The notes: generated by a model not told the origin, from the sequence alone. DNA of 63,647 nt, filler included, from Chrysochromulina tobinii (GCA_001275005.1; 5 parts of 5 records of this genome joined end to end with filler, not necessarily neighbours in it); one strand, 5' to 3'. Numbered from the whole stretch's first letter, positions 35,109 to 47,547 are shown. Numbers and translations are program-made.

Positions 35109-38100
35109 ATGGAGCACTCGGACGAAGACGGAGCGCTCCCGCCGTGCCTGGCCATAGACGCGGGTTCGTATCAGTGGCGAATTGGCTGGACGGGCGGCGA
35201 TGAGATCAACGCGATCATCGACGCGTCGGCGCAGCCCGACCTCGCCTCCGCCTTCGCCGAGGTCGAGGCCGCGCCCGACGAGCATGCCGTGCTGCTGAGC
35301 GAGCCCGTTGGGACATCCGCGTCCGAGCGCATCCGCGCCGTTTCGGCCCTGTTCGGCATGGGTGTGCAGGCCTTGTACGTGAGTGCGACGCCGCTGCTGC
35401 CGCTGTACCACTTTGGCATCGACACGGGGATCATCGTGGACATCGGCGAGCGGAAGACGACCATCTGGCCCGTCTTCGAGGGCCACCCCGTGCTTGGTGC
35501 GGCGGCGATCCTCGAGCTAGGCGGCTGGCATTTGACGCGATGGCTCGCCATGCGCATGCGCGCGATCGCCCTGTCGTCGGCTGCGGCCGAAGCGCCATCG
35601 CCGGTGGCCGCCGCCGGCACTGGCACTGCGCCGCCACTGAGCGATGCGTGGCTCGCTCTTTCCCGAACGACCAAAGAAGCGCACGCAAGAGTCGAGCTCG
35701 AGGGGTTGGCAGGCGCCGCTGCGCCAGGCGCTGTGCCGGGCGCCGCCAAGAAAGGTGGTGGCTCCAAGGGCACCGCGAAGCCGGCGGGTAAGGGCGCCGA
35801 GGCGGCGCGGCCTCCAGTCGAGATCACTCTGCCTGACGAGATTGACGAGATCGGGCTGATCTCCCGGGTGATCTCGCTCTCGAGGGACGATCTGGCGCGA
35901 TGTGGCGAGGCGCTCTTCCAGCCGCCGGCAGACCTCGGTGCGGGTAGCGCCCAGGACGGCGCGCACCCGGGCGCTCCCTTGCCGCCAGCCTCTGAGGGGC
36001 TCTCTGAGGGGCTCGGCGACGCGATCTGGCGAGTGCTCGCTTTGTGCGACTACAGCCTTCGCGGCACGCTGCTCGGGAGCGTGGTGCTCGTCGGGGGCGG
36101 CTCGATGCTCGAGGGGCTCCCTGAGCGCCTCCTTCGCGAGCTGCAGCAGCGCGTGCCCAACACGGCGTCGGGTGCGCACGAGAAGGACGAGAAGGCGAAG
36201 AAGGAGAAGCGAGCGAAGGAGGAGAGGGCTGCCCAACACGGCGCCCAGCACGGCACCGACCGCGGGCTGTCAGCGGGGGGGGCGCCGTTGTGGGCGCCGC
36301 GCGTCCTCGCGCGCGGCGATCGGCGATACGCGTGCTGGCTAGGCAGCGCCGTGCTGGGCGCGACCTCGGCATGCGCTGAGCGCTTTGTGCGCCGCGCAGA
36401 GTACCTCGCGGCGACCGACGCCCAGGACGACGCGGGCGACAGGCGGGAGGGCCCCGCGAGCGGGGCGTGGGCTTCACAGCTCCCTTCACAGCTCACTTCA
36501 CTGCTCACCCGGTGGGGGGCCTTCGCTGGCTGCTCGCTGTTGGAGCTCGAGGCGGCCGAAACGGCCAAGCACGCCGCCGCCGCCGCCGCCGCCGCCGCCT
36601 CGGAGGAAGCCACGCGTGCACGGCTGCGTGCTGAGCATGAGGAGACGCGACGATGGTGGATGGAGATGGCACCGGTGCACTCGGCGCTCGAGCGCCAGCG
36701 GCAGTGGCGGCTGCAACGGCTCGTCGTGTTGCCGATGTTTGAGGCCGCCACCGCCGAGGTGCTTCACGGAGCGAGCAGCAGCCGCGGCCGCATCAACAGC
36801 ATCGACTTCACCCAACGGACGCCGCCCGCGACGGCGCCGCGCGTGACGGCGGCGCGCTCTGTGCCGCCGGATGCCACACTGAGCGCGGCGGCGCTCGAGG
36901 CGCGCCGTCAGTGCGCTGACACCGCGCCTTGGCGCCTCGCCGCGCGCGCTTCGTCACTCGCGAGCCTGGCGCTCGGCACGGCGTCTGGAGATGGCGGTGG
37001 CGAGTGGGAGTCGATGTGTCGCGTGCGCATGCGGCTGTGCGCGCGCTGGGCGGCGGATGTCTTCGAGTCGCCGTTTGACAGCGCGCCCTCCGTCCATGTG
37101 GCGATACGGGCGCGTCGGCTGCGTGCGGCGAGCTCTCTCTGGTCCGATCGGGCTGGGAAGTTCGCACGGGCGGCACGCCGCGGGATCGAGGTGCGATCTC
37201 GCTTGAGTGCCCTTGAGTGCCCTTGAGTGCGATTGAGTGCAATTGAGTGCAATTGATGACACGACCCACGTGCTCGGGATCGAGGTGTGATCTCGCTTGA
37301 GTGACCTCGGATGGCCATGCTAATGACCTCTGATGGCCTCTGATGACCTCTGATGACCTCTGATGAGCTTCGATGACCTCTGATGACCTCCGATGACCTC
37401 TTATGACCTCTTATAACCTCTGATGACCTCTCCCTAGTCCGTCAGGCGCGGCGGCATTGGGTTGCCCATGGCGTGCGCCGGGCGATGCGCCGTTGGGTCG
37501 CTCAGTGGATGCAGCTCGTGCTCCAGATACACGAAGCTCGTCACCTGGGCGTCACTTGTCTCCTACGCGGCGGCTGGCGGCGCTGGCACGCTAGCTGGAG
37601 CAGGCGGCAGGCGTCGCTCACTCGCACCGCCGGGGCACTCGCGCACATGGTTGGCTTCGTTGCTTGGCGTGAGTGGCACGCGTGGATACGTCATCGAGGC
37701 GTCGCGATCGTGGCAATGGCCCGGGTGCGTCGCTTTTTCGCTGGCTGGCGGCTGGTGCAGGCCCTCCACGCGTGTGTTCGGCAGCGTGGGCGCGTGCAGG
37801 CCCTCGAGGGCCTCGCCGATGCCCTCGCCCATCTCCGCTCTCTCGAGGCACTGCAGCGAGGCTGGCGTACCTGGCGGCAGCTGGGCAGCGCCGAGGTTGT
37901 CCGTTACGAATCGCGCGCGGCGGTACGCGTGCGTGCGGGGTTACGACGCGGATGGATCTCTTGGTGTCGAGATCGGCTGGTGGCGCCATCTGCCTCGGGG
38001 GCTCGCTGGAGATCGATCGAGATACGCGAGCGTTGGCAGGTGCTCGCAAGAATAACCCCCGAACTGCGCCTCTGAGTTCGCCGCTCTCATCGCCCTGCTA

Positions 38101-39897
38101 ATGGCCCCTCTCATCGCCCCGCTAATGGCCCCGCCTACCTGGCGCAGGGTTGGCGTCTCTGCCGCGCCTTCCACACACTCACGACGCGAATCGCTCCAAA
38201 GGAAGCGCGTCTGCTGCGGCTGGCGCGCTCAACGGGCGACCTGACCCGCAAGGCCCGCGCGGTTCGTCAGTGGGCCAACGGCTGTGAACAGAGCATTGTG
38301 AAGCATGCGAGACTGCAGCAAGCGGCGCGCCGTTTCGAGCGCACGCGCGAGCGGCTTCAGATGGCGACAGCACTCGGCGCTATGAATGCGGCTCAGGTGA
38401 TGGTCCCTGATGGACCTTTGTGGCCCTTGATTGGCGCTGAGGGCACCATCGATGCGGCGCAAGCCACGGTCGACTCGGAGCTGCTTTACCTCCGTGATTG
38501 CCTCCGTGATTGCCTCTGATGACCGATTGATTGCCTCCCTCATCAGGCCACCGTCGAGTCGGAGCTGCTCTACCTCCAAACCAAAGCCGATGCGATCGTA
38601 CACGTGGCGCGTCTAGGGGGTGCCTATGGCACCTGGCGGCACTATGCCAAAGCTCGGCGGCGACGACAGATCGAAGCACGTGCGGAGGCGTGTGCCGAGG
38701 CGGACGCTGCGGCTCGCACCCTTACCGGTACAACCAGCTGCACGATCGGCTTGACGAGTGGAGGAGGTGCTCTCTTACGTGCACCGTTGGTGGATGAGTA
38801 CCGCCGATGGCGCCACCAGGTGCGTGGCCCCTTACATTCCCTAATGATCCCTAATGGCCCCTAATAATCCCTAATGGCCCCAAATAATCCCTAATGGCCC
38901 CTAATAATCCCTAATATTCCCCGATGGCCCCTAATGGCCCCGCCCTTAATTGGCTCTGGATGTTGTTTCTGAGAGCCCCTTTGAGCGCCTCTCTGAGTGC
39001 CTCACTCTTGGCGTCCCTGATGGCTTCGCTCATTGCCCCTGGCAGGAGAAAGTGTTACAACGGCTGAGCCTGATGATTGCCTCCCTCATGATTGCCTCCC
39101 TCATGATTGCCTTCCTCATCAGGAGAAAGTGTTACAACGGCTGAGCCAGATGCTCGATGGACAGCAGAGGGCCCTTGAGAAGGTACGCCTTGATTGCGCC
39201 TGGACTGCGCCTGGTGACAGCCCCCTGATGGTCTCATGATGGCCCTCGCTCGCAGGTGCACCGAGTGCTGAGGCGCAACGGCGAGGACGGCAGCGGCGGC
39301 ATCGACGGTTACGTCAACGGAGGCGATGGCTATGGCCATGGAGGCGCTCGCTATGGAGAGGGTGGTTACGAGTATGGCGACGGGGGCGGCGACGGATCTC
39401 CTCTCGTCGAGATCATCAACCAGACCTTCGAGGAGTGCGTCACCGCCTCGCTCGCGGCCACGCCTTCACCTCGCACGGCAAGCTGGCGTGGCTCTGGCTT
39501 GTCGGGTGGCACCCCCCGCGGCCTCGCGTCCCTCGCACAGGGGCTCGCACAGGGGCTGGCCTCGGGTAGTGCCCAGTACGGCGCGAGGGCCCAGTTTGAT
39601 AGTGTGCGGGCGACGGACGGGGACAGTGGACGCCCCAGCGCATCCTCGGGCGCCGTCTTGGGCGTCGTCTCAAACGCCTCATCAGAGGCGATCAGAGGCA
39701 ATCAGAATAGCGCCGTCTCGAGCGCCTCATCGCGGCTCGTGCAGGCGCTAGGGCTGCACGAAGTGACCGAGACGGCGCCCAGCGCGGGCAGCCTCGCGCA
39801 CGAGGAGAGCCTCGGCATGTACGAGACGCCCGTACGCCAGCTGTGGAATGCCTACCGCGACAAGGTTCCACTCGGTAGCTACCTGCACTACCGATGA
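35109..39897 (+). CDS. Divergent actin-related protein with C-terminal Trp/Arg-rich Sfi1-like repeats (exons 35109-37190, 37446-38039, 38148-38396, 38547-38819, 39123-39182, 39256-39897)
   Basis: Actin-fold motifs AIDAGS, VLLSEP, TGIIVDIGE..T.IWPVFEGH, VVLVGGGSMLEGLPERL, WLGSAVL. Five phase-0 GT-AG introns join in frame (1299 aa). Repeats LRGGWRRWH, LQRGWRTWR, LRRGWISW. Confidence 0.7.
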
Positions 39898-40482
39898 TCG
39901 CCTAATGATCGCCACGCGATGAGACTGGTGAGAACAGCGATATCACGTTGAAGACCTTATTTTAATGACGAGGCTCAAAAAGCAGCGAGCAAAGTAAAAG
40001 GGATCAAATAGGACGAACGGGTGAACCATTTTAATTATCAGATCATCGCTCAAACCCTTAGACTTACCCCCCCGGGGACTCTCGAGAGCTCCTGTGGGAA
40101 ACTAGGAATTCTGAACGACGTAAAGCTCGGCTACTACGGCTACACACGAACAAGCGTGCATCGGTACCGACGCGTTTGCTTAACGTGTACTCGTATACTT
40201 AATGTACACAATATGATAGGAGTATGTTGTCTGATGAGTGACGTCTGCGGAGGTGTGCTTTAATTAATGCCGCGCTCTCTCGTTTCAGCGGGAGTAGAGG
40301 CGCCTTGCGCCATTGGGCTTCAGGATGACTAGCGGTTCCGGCTCTTGGCGCGTGCCTTGCTCCCCCTTCGTCAGGGCAGCTTGGGTTTGGAGGACGATCC
40401 TTGGACCTTTGGAACAAAGAGCGAGAGCACCTGGGGAGTGGGGCGGCCATCACGGTGTGAGCTCACCTGATGAAGAAGGCCA

Positions 40483-42086
40483 TCACGCGCATGCAATCGA
40501 GAGCGCACCTGGGGAGCGGAGGCTGGTATTCACAGTGGCCGGACATCGGGTGGTATTCACAGTAGAGCGCACCTGGGGAGCGGAGGCTGGAGCGGCGACG
40601 ATGTTGATGAATTGTGATTGGGGTGAATGAGGGGACGCCGGTCCTCCTCGCGAATTGAGATTGCGGCTCGAGGGCGTGACGATGTTGCGGAATTGCGACG
40701 CCTGAGGCGCGCGGCCTTTGTTGCGCGAAAAGCCCCCTCGAAGCTGTGACGCCGCCTTCACAGTCGGGTCGGGCGCCTGTTCACAGCAAACGTGGATCCG
40801 GCCGTTTGAGAGGCACTCGGTCAGCGATGTGCAGTGAGCAGTGAGCGGTGAACGGACTTCGCAGCACTCTGAGCGCGCACGCACCTGCCACTTTTTGACG
40901 AGCGAGCCAATCCAAACGTCCTGGAGCGCCGAAACCTCTCGAATCGTCTCATCGAGCTCGACCGCACGCTTGGGCGCTGTGGGATCTTTGGCCCACGTCG
41001 CCTTCGCAATGGCCTTCGCCTCCGGCAACGTGGGCAGGAAGAGCACAGGGGCATTCACCGTCTCAGCCAGAGCCTCTTGTACCTGTCATCAAGCGGCCAA
41101 TCAAGACGTCCTCAGGGTTAGGGTTAGTCATCAGGGCTGTCATCAAGCGGCCAATCAAGACGTCCTCCGAGCCCATCCAGCGCAATCCCACGCACTCAGA
41201 GCGCCTCAATCTCAACCTCAATCTCAATCTCAATCTCAATCCCACGCACTCAAGAGCGCTCCGGGCGTCTGCGCCAGGGCCTGCCACACCTTGTGCTGCG
41301 CGCGCTCCTCCTGCTGCTTCCGCAGCCAGTAACGCTCCTGCCGACCTAGGCCCATCTGCCGCTGCCGTTCGTGCTTGGTCGCCAGCTTCGCCCTATCCTC
41401 ATGCCGCTTGTGGTCAACCCATTGCTGACGCATCGCCTCATCCTAATGAGGGTACATGGACGGGCGCATGGGTGCGAGTGTGGTGCACTCAAGGAGGAGG
41501 AGGAGCGGCCGCGGGGATGCAGGCGGCTTGAGCATGCATGCGTGCACGCATGCATGCACGGAAGGCTCACCTGCGCCTCAATCTTCCTGACCGACTCCTC
41601 GTGCGCTTCCATATGCATGCGGTTGCGCCGCGCCCAGTAGGCGTTGAGGCGACGCTGGTGCGCGGGCGGCTTTGGCGGGACGCGTGGCACGAAGCCGCGC
41701 TCAAACGCTGCTCTCCGTGCCGTGCGGATCACCTCCATGTGCTCCAGCGAGCCGCTGCCGTCCTCGTCGAGCAGCGCAAAGACCTGGTCGATCACGTCGG
41801 GCGGGTAGGTGATACCGACATGGAGGCACGCTGCGCGGAACTCTTTTTTGTCGATGAGCCCATTCTTGTCCACGTCGAACATGTCAAACAGGTCTGACAC
41901 ACGCCCGGCCATCCGCGCGAGGTGGTCGCACACGTCCTGAGTCGCCTGCAGCACGTTTTTGCTCGGGCCTTCGGGGATGGCCGGGATGATCACATTCGGC
42001 GAGGGCGCCTCTTGCGCGATGATCACCTTCGGTCGGGACAGGTATGGCAAGCCCGGGGCTGCTTGAGAGCTGGAGGCCGCCGCCAT
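40483..42086 (-). CDS. EF-hand calcium-binding protein with coiled-coil region, multi-exon
   Basis: DVDKNGLIDKKE and DEDGSGSLEHME. GT-AG introns at ~41570-41443, ~41289-41083 and ~40884-40778. 3' end uncertain. Confidence 0.75.
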
Positions 42087-42253
42087 CGAGGATGGACGGT
42101 GCTCGAGCACAGTGGGTGTCGTTGAAAAGCACCAGTGGAACAAAATGGTTCACACTTGACGTGGTATCTATGAATACGGCTGCAAGGCTGTCACAGACCA
42201 GTCGCTCTATCTCTCCTGCATGCTCTACTCTCATCCTGCGCTCTCTACGGCTC

Positions 42254-42458
42254 TCAAAGCTCCCATGCTGCGCCCGCGGCCTTGGCGAGATGGCAGAGGG
42301 CCTCCTCCATGACTTCCTCCTCACCGTCTCCCAAGGTCGCACCCGCCACCTCGTCCGCCGCCTCGTCCGCCGCCTCGTCCGCCGCCTCGTCCGCCACCGC
42401 TGCCTCGTGCTCCTCCTCCCCCTCCTCCCCCTCCTCCCCCTCCTCCACCTCCTCCTCC
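42254..42458 (-). CDS. Possible 3' end of an acidic low-complexity gene cut by the contig edge
   Basis: EEGEEGEEGEEEHEAAVADEAADEAADE, frame open to the gap. Confidence 0.3.
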
Positions 42459-42558
42459 NNNNNNNNNNNNNNNNNNNNNNNNNNNNNNNNNNNNNNNNNN
42501 NNTTAATTAATTAANNNNNNNNNNNNNNNNNNNNNNNNNNNNNNNNNNNNNNNNNNNN
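42459..42558. other. Artificial contig-joining spacer
   Basis: N44-TTAATTAATTAA-N44. Confidence 0.98.
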
Positions 42559-43528
42559 GTGGGGGTGGGGAGGGGGGGCTGGGCTGGGACGGCGGCGGAG
42601 GAACGTGCCTATGCGGGGGATGCCTATGAAAGAACAATCGTCTGTGTTCGGGGACGTGCTTGTGAGCAGCCCGCTCAATGAGTGCAGGGGCTGCATCCCG
42701 GCTGATAGCTGGGTCGCTTAGAATTCCACTCTTGGCCGAGGCGAACTGCGTTGTAAAGTCGAGGAACGGGGAGAGCTCGGCGGTGTAGGAGCTAGACAAC
42801 TCAACCTGGACTCCGTTGGTGCCGCCAGTGGGCAACACGATCCAGCCATGGTTTGCACGGCTACCCGCGAGCCACGCGGCAACCGATGAGGTCACGTCAA
42901 ACCTCTGCCAGCCAGTGACGACACCTGGGAAGGTACTGGGAAGGCACATGGCAATCCGACGCTGCCGACGTTGGTGGAGCTCCACGATGACGATGCGAAT
43001 GGGAGGTTGATCCACGTGACTGTGGACTGTCGAAAGCAGGGAGGGGCAGAGAGGGACGCGTCAGCGTGAAGGGGTCTCAGCCAGGGTGCCACACGCGGTT
43101 GTGGGGGGAGTGGGCGTCTTCGCGGTCGGCGTGCACACATCATTCCATGGAACGGTGAGCTCGCGGAGCGAGGCGTTGTTGCCTGCGTTGGACACATAGT
43201 AGTTGAGCCAGACGGGTTTGGTGGGCACGAGCGTGGCGCCGACGAAAGAGCTCAAGTCGAACTTGATCAGGAAGGCGGACGTATCAGAAGTGACACCTGA
43301 GATGACCTGTGTGGCCGAGATCGTCAATGGGCCATCCCACCATCCTTGAGTTTGGGCGTTGAAGTTTGTCGTCGCGTAGTTGATGATTGGAGCCGTAGTG
43401 GAATTGCCGGCCCTGATGTACGTATCATAGGTGACACTCGGGCCTCTGATGATCACGCCCGTGACCGAGGCGATCAATGCGAGGAAGAGCGTGGCTCTCA
43501 GCGACCGCATCCGCGAGGACGATGGCAT
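42559..43528 (-). CDS. Secreted/surface protein with a DNRLRE/CBM96-like domain and Pro-Ser linker; 3' truncated, apparent frameshift near 42935
   Basis: Signal-like RATLFLALIASVTG, DTYIRAG..INY, FLIKFDLSSF, WQRFDVTSSVAAWLAGSRANHGWIVLP, then PPPPSQPSPPSPPP. Confidence 0.6.
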
Positions 43529-43788
43529 GTTGCAGAGCGCGGAACCGGGTAGCGTGTTCGGCCGGGTATTTTCAAGTCAATCATGACAAAATAACTTCTG
43601 ACCAGAAGTACAGGTGCGGCAGCGGTCGCGCGCTCGAACTAAGCATCCCGAGGGGCAAGCACACCTAGACCTCGTGAATGTGACTGGTTCGCGGTTTTTG
43701 GCGCTGGAGTTTCGTTATTTACTCGGGAGTTAAAGTTGGCAAGTTTTTTTAGGCCGTCCAGGACCGAGGCGCAGCTATCCTGCGAAAC

Positions 43789-44697
43789 ATGCCGACCGAC
43801 CTGCCAGACCTGTATCTCGCCAAGCTTGCCGAGCAGGCCGGCCGCTTCGATGATATGCTTGAGCATATGCGCAAGGTCTGCACGGCGCGCGAAGGCGCCC
43901 TTGCGCTCGAAGAACGCAATATGCTGTCAGTCGCATTCAAAAATGTGGTCTCGCAGCGCCGCTCGTCCCTGAGAATATTGAGTCACCTTCTAAAGAGGGA
44001 GGCGGATATGGGGGGTAAAAAGACCGCGCAGATCCAGGCATACGACACCAAGATCCAGGTGGAGCTTCAGGGCTTGTGTAATTCCATCATCACGCTGCTT
44101 GACGGCTCGCTCATCAAAAAGGCGGAGAACTCGGAGGCGAAGGTTTTCTACCTGAAGATGAAGGCGGACTACTTTCGATGTGCGCGCGCGTGCGATCGAG
44201 CGGGCGGCGCGCGCGAAGGCAGCAGCAGCAGCAGCAGCAGCACCAACCAGCCAACCAACCAGCCAACCAACCAACCTCACCCAGCCAAGCAGCTAGCCAG
44301 GAGCAACCAGCACCCGCTCCTGTACACTCCCTGACACGCCCTTCTGCCCCTCCCTCCCCGGCGCTGGCCCTGCACAGACCTGTCCGAGTTTGCAGTCCCG
44401 AGCGACAAGAAGTCGTATGCGGACCAGGCCGCCACGTCGTACGAGAAGGCATCGGTCCTCGCTAGCTCGCAGCTCGCGCCAACCCATCCGGTCCGCCTCG
44501 GGCTGGCGCTGAACTACTCGGTCTTCAAGTATGAAGCGCAGGAGCATCACACAGAGGCTTGCGCGATCGCCAAGCAGGCCTTCAACGACGCCTTGGACGG
44601 GCTCGACCAAGTCGACGATGAGACGTACAAGGACGCCGCCCTGATCATGCAGCTGCTCAAGGACAACCTTGGCCTATGGCAGGAGCCGGAGAGCTGA
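43789..44697 (+). CDS. 14-3-3 protein (exons 43789-44179, 44378-44697)
   Basis: YLAKLAEQAGRFDDM, EERNMLSVAFKNVV, KVFYLKMKADYFRYLSE, PTHPVRLGLALNYSVF, YKDAALIMQLLKDNLGLW. Confidence 0.97.
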
Positions 44698-45149
44698 GTG
44701 AGGGCGCGAGAGCTGCCGCGCGCGCGCCTGGGACGGCGCGAGAGTTCGCGCGCTGTCGCGGGCGTGAATCCTCCTCGCCGCCGTCACGCAGGCAAGCGAG
44801 TTCTGGCTTCTAGATAGAGAAAGTCGTGGTCACGTAGGCTGCTGTGGGATAAGGGCTAGAGAGAGTCATGACGTTGATGACGTGGGCCTGTGAAGGGCCG
44901 CGTGTGTGAATCAGCCTGTGCGATCGCTGAACGCGTGAGTGTGCATGCACACAGCACACATGTCGAATCATGTATACCGTACGTAGGCCTGTGCAGGGCC
45001 GCGTGGTGTGAATCACAATCAGCCGTGTGTATCTGCCGCGGGACGTCCCGTGATCGCTTGAGCCAAAAGGTGTACGCGTTGACTCCGTTGCATGTCTGAG
45101 GTGTGCGTTCAAGGTTTTCGCTCCAAAAATAGGCATAAAAATTTACATC

Positions 45150-47117
45150 ATGAAGCCCAGCGAGGCAACGCCACTGACGGGCGCGCGCAAGGCTTGGTCC
45201 TCCTCAGAAGCCGCCACTTCCGAGGCTTGGTCCTCCTCAGAAGCCGCCACCTCCTCGGAAAAACAGGAACCTGCCACCTGGAGCTGGACGCCGCGCCACC
45301 TCGCCGCCATCCTGTTCTCGGCCGCGCTCTCCGTGGGGATCGCCATCCCTCTCACGCTGTGGCTGACCAACTGTGACGCGCGCATCGATGAGGCGCGCGT
45401 CGAGATCGAAATGTCCGCACCGTATGAAGTGTGGCTATGCGCGAGCTTCGACACGGCTACGCCTGATCGTAACGTCATCTGGAGCTACTGGGATGGCCAG
45501 GGCGTCTCACCCGACTTCAGCCCGATCTCTGCCTCATGGCAGCTTTGGGCTCCTAACTTTACGGTGAGGATGCTCGGTCCCCAATCGGCGCGGTGCTTCC
45601 TGCCGGACATTGACTTCACAAGGGTCAAGGAGGTGCGCCTCTTCACCGATCTGTTGCGGCTCCGGCTGCTCCAAAAGTACGGCGGCGTGTGGTTGGACTC
45701 GACTGTGCTGCTGACCGCGCCTCTCAACATCGGCGCCAAGGGTTTCCGTGCCGAGTACCGGCCCGAGCTGCAGATGCACGGCGCGCCCGACTTTGTCGAA
45801 TCGTGGATGCTCGTGGCGGACAAGGACGAGTACATCGTGAGCGCGTGGGCGGAGCTGCTTGAGCGCCTGATCGTGCTGAATGGGGGCGTGACCGCGGGCA
45901 TCTCGTCGGCAGACGTCTACGAGCCGCGCTTCAGCGCGACCGACATGTTCGAGAAGCTCGAACACAGCGGCATCATCTTCGATTCGAATATGAGGGAGTA
46001 TCTGGTCGTGTACGTCGCATTCACCTACCTGTGCCACACCGATGACGTCTTCCGCGACAGGGTCGCAAACTCGACCCTGATCGACACGTCGACGAGTGGC
46101 TACCTAGTGCAGATGCGGTACAGTTGGGACGACCACGCGTGGATGGACGTGCTGCGTGCGCCGCTCGGCTCGCGCCCGGAGCACGCGGAGATGCTGCAGG
46201 CCGGTCACGTCAAACTCTCGACACAGTCGCCAGGCATCGTCGAGCTGCTTGCCGAGACAACGACGCCGATGTCACCAATCTCCTCGTCCCAGCCACCCTC
46301 GTTCATCGCGGCTGCGCTCAAGCGCACCCAGTCCAACGCGCACTCGCTCACGCGGGATGAAATGCAGCTCGTCATCGCGCAGTATGACGAAGACATCAGC
46401 TGGTCAGAAAAAGGGTACTGCGGCGTCCGATGTGTCTACACGAAGGGGTACCAGGGCAAGCCCTATGGGAACGAGATGGCGCTCAAGCGCACCTCCGCCC
46501 CCGCCCCGACCGCCGTCGACACCTACAAGACCCTCCCCAACGTCGGGCGGGAGTCTCACACATTCCTAACGCACGTGCTGGACAACTATTACAACCTCCC
46601 GCGCTTTGTGGTGTTCGCCCAGGGAGGCCTGTCGAACGACCATGCGTGGACGCGTCGGGACTATGGGGCCGACATGTACTTCAACATGTACGAGGAGGCG
46701 CGCTCGTCGCCGTCGGGGTGCTCCGTGGCCCCCCTGCTCGTCGACCCCGACGACCCTGAAATGGGGGACTGGAACTGGGACTTCAGCCCGCACGTTGTCG
46801 AGAACACGCCGACGTACAAAGGCGAGAATGCCTCCAAAGCACGCGTGGTGGCGCGATCATCCGCCAACAACTTTGGCCAGTGGTTCCGGGGCGTCGCCAA
46901 GCTGCAGCCCTCGCCGGACGGCCGACTGCGCATCTACCCCGGTGCCGAGTTCTCAGTGTCTCGCGAGCGGATCCTCTCGCGACCGCGTGGCTGGTATCAG
47001 AAGCTACGGGAGCAAGTGATGCTCCCAGCGCCTATGGAGGGGCACTACATAGAGCGATCGTGGTACTACATCTTCAACTGCGACGGGAACACCCGTAAAT
47101 ACGTCCGTGGGCACTGA
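45150..47117 (+). CDS. Type II membrane protein: capsular-synthesis/GT32-like DXD glycosyltransferase fused to a DUF3431-like domain
   Basis: N-terminal TM. IWSYWDG, DLLRLRLLQKYGGVWLDSTVLL. LVIAQYDEDISW, LPNVGRESHTFLTH, GAEFSVSRERILSRP, GHYIERSWYYIF. Confidence 0.8.
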   Translation: MKPSEATPLTGARKAWSSSEAATSEAWSSSEAATSSEKQEPATWSWTPRHLAAILFSAALSVGIAIPLTLWLTNCDARIDEARVEIEMSAPYEVWLCASFDTATPDRNVIWSYWDGQGVSPDFSPISASWQLWAPNFTVRMLGPQSARCFLPDIDFTRVKEVRLFTDLLRLRLLQKYGGVWLDSTVLLTAPLNIGAKGFRAEYRPELQMHGAPDFVESWMLVADKDEYIVSAWAELLERLIVLNGGVTAGISSADVYEPRFSATDMFEKLEHSGIIFDSNMREYLVVYVAFTYLCHTDDVFRDRVANSTLIDTSTSGYLVQMRYSWDDHAWMDVLRAPLGSRPEHAEMLQAGHVKLSTQSPGIVELLAETTTPMSPISSSQPPSFIAAALKRTQSNAHSLTRDEMQLVIAQYDEDISWSEKGYCGVRCVYTKGYQGKPYGNEMALKRTSAPAPTAVDTYKTLPNVGRESHTFLTHVLDNYYNLPRFVVFAQGGLSNDHAWTRRDYGADMYFNMYEEARSSPSGCSVAPLLVDPDDPEMGDWNWDFSPHVVENTPTYKGENASKARVVARSSANNFGQWFRGVAKLQPSPDGRLRIYPGAEFSVSRERILSRPRGWYQKLREQVMLPAPMEGHYIERSWYYIFNCDGNTRKYVRGH

Positions 47118-47547
47118 GTGACACGACATCCGTGGTCCGATAACTCGACTTGAACTTCGCGGGACCTGTCCGCCGTTCGCCTCCGCGAGCGGAAGGCTCG
47201 ATACAGCTGTATGCCCTGTTTTCAAAAGTGTCCCGGTAATCGCCAACGTAGCTCGCCGTGTTCGTAGATCGTAGTACCGACATACACCCTGGTACCGTCT
47301 CGTTACGACGTGTCGAGTGACCTGGGCGTGTTCAAGAGGCGTTTCGAGAGGCAGCGTGTGCACCTCTTCCAATCACGCCAATGCGATACTTTTGGCAAAC
47401 CGCATGCACGTACAGGTACACGACAGCCATGAGTGACGCACAGCACGACCGGAAAAGCGGCCGTGAGCCCATCCACTACGCGCCCACACGCCGAGCCCGA
47501 CCCCAACCCCCGCCCAGATGCTGCAAGGCCAGGTCACAAGGCCGCTT

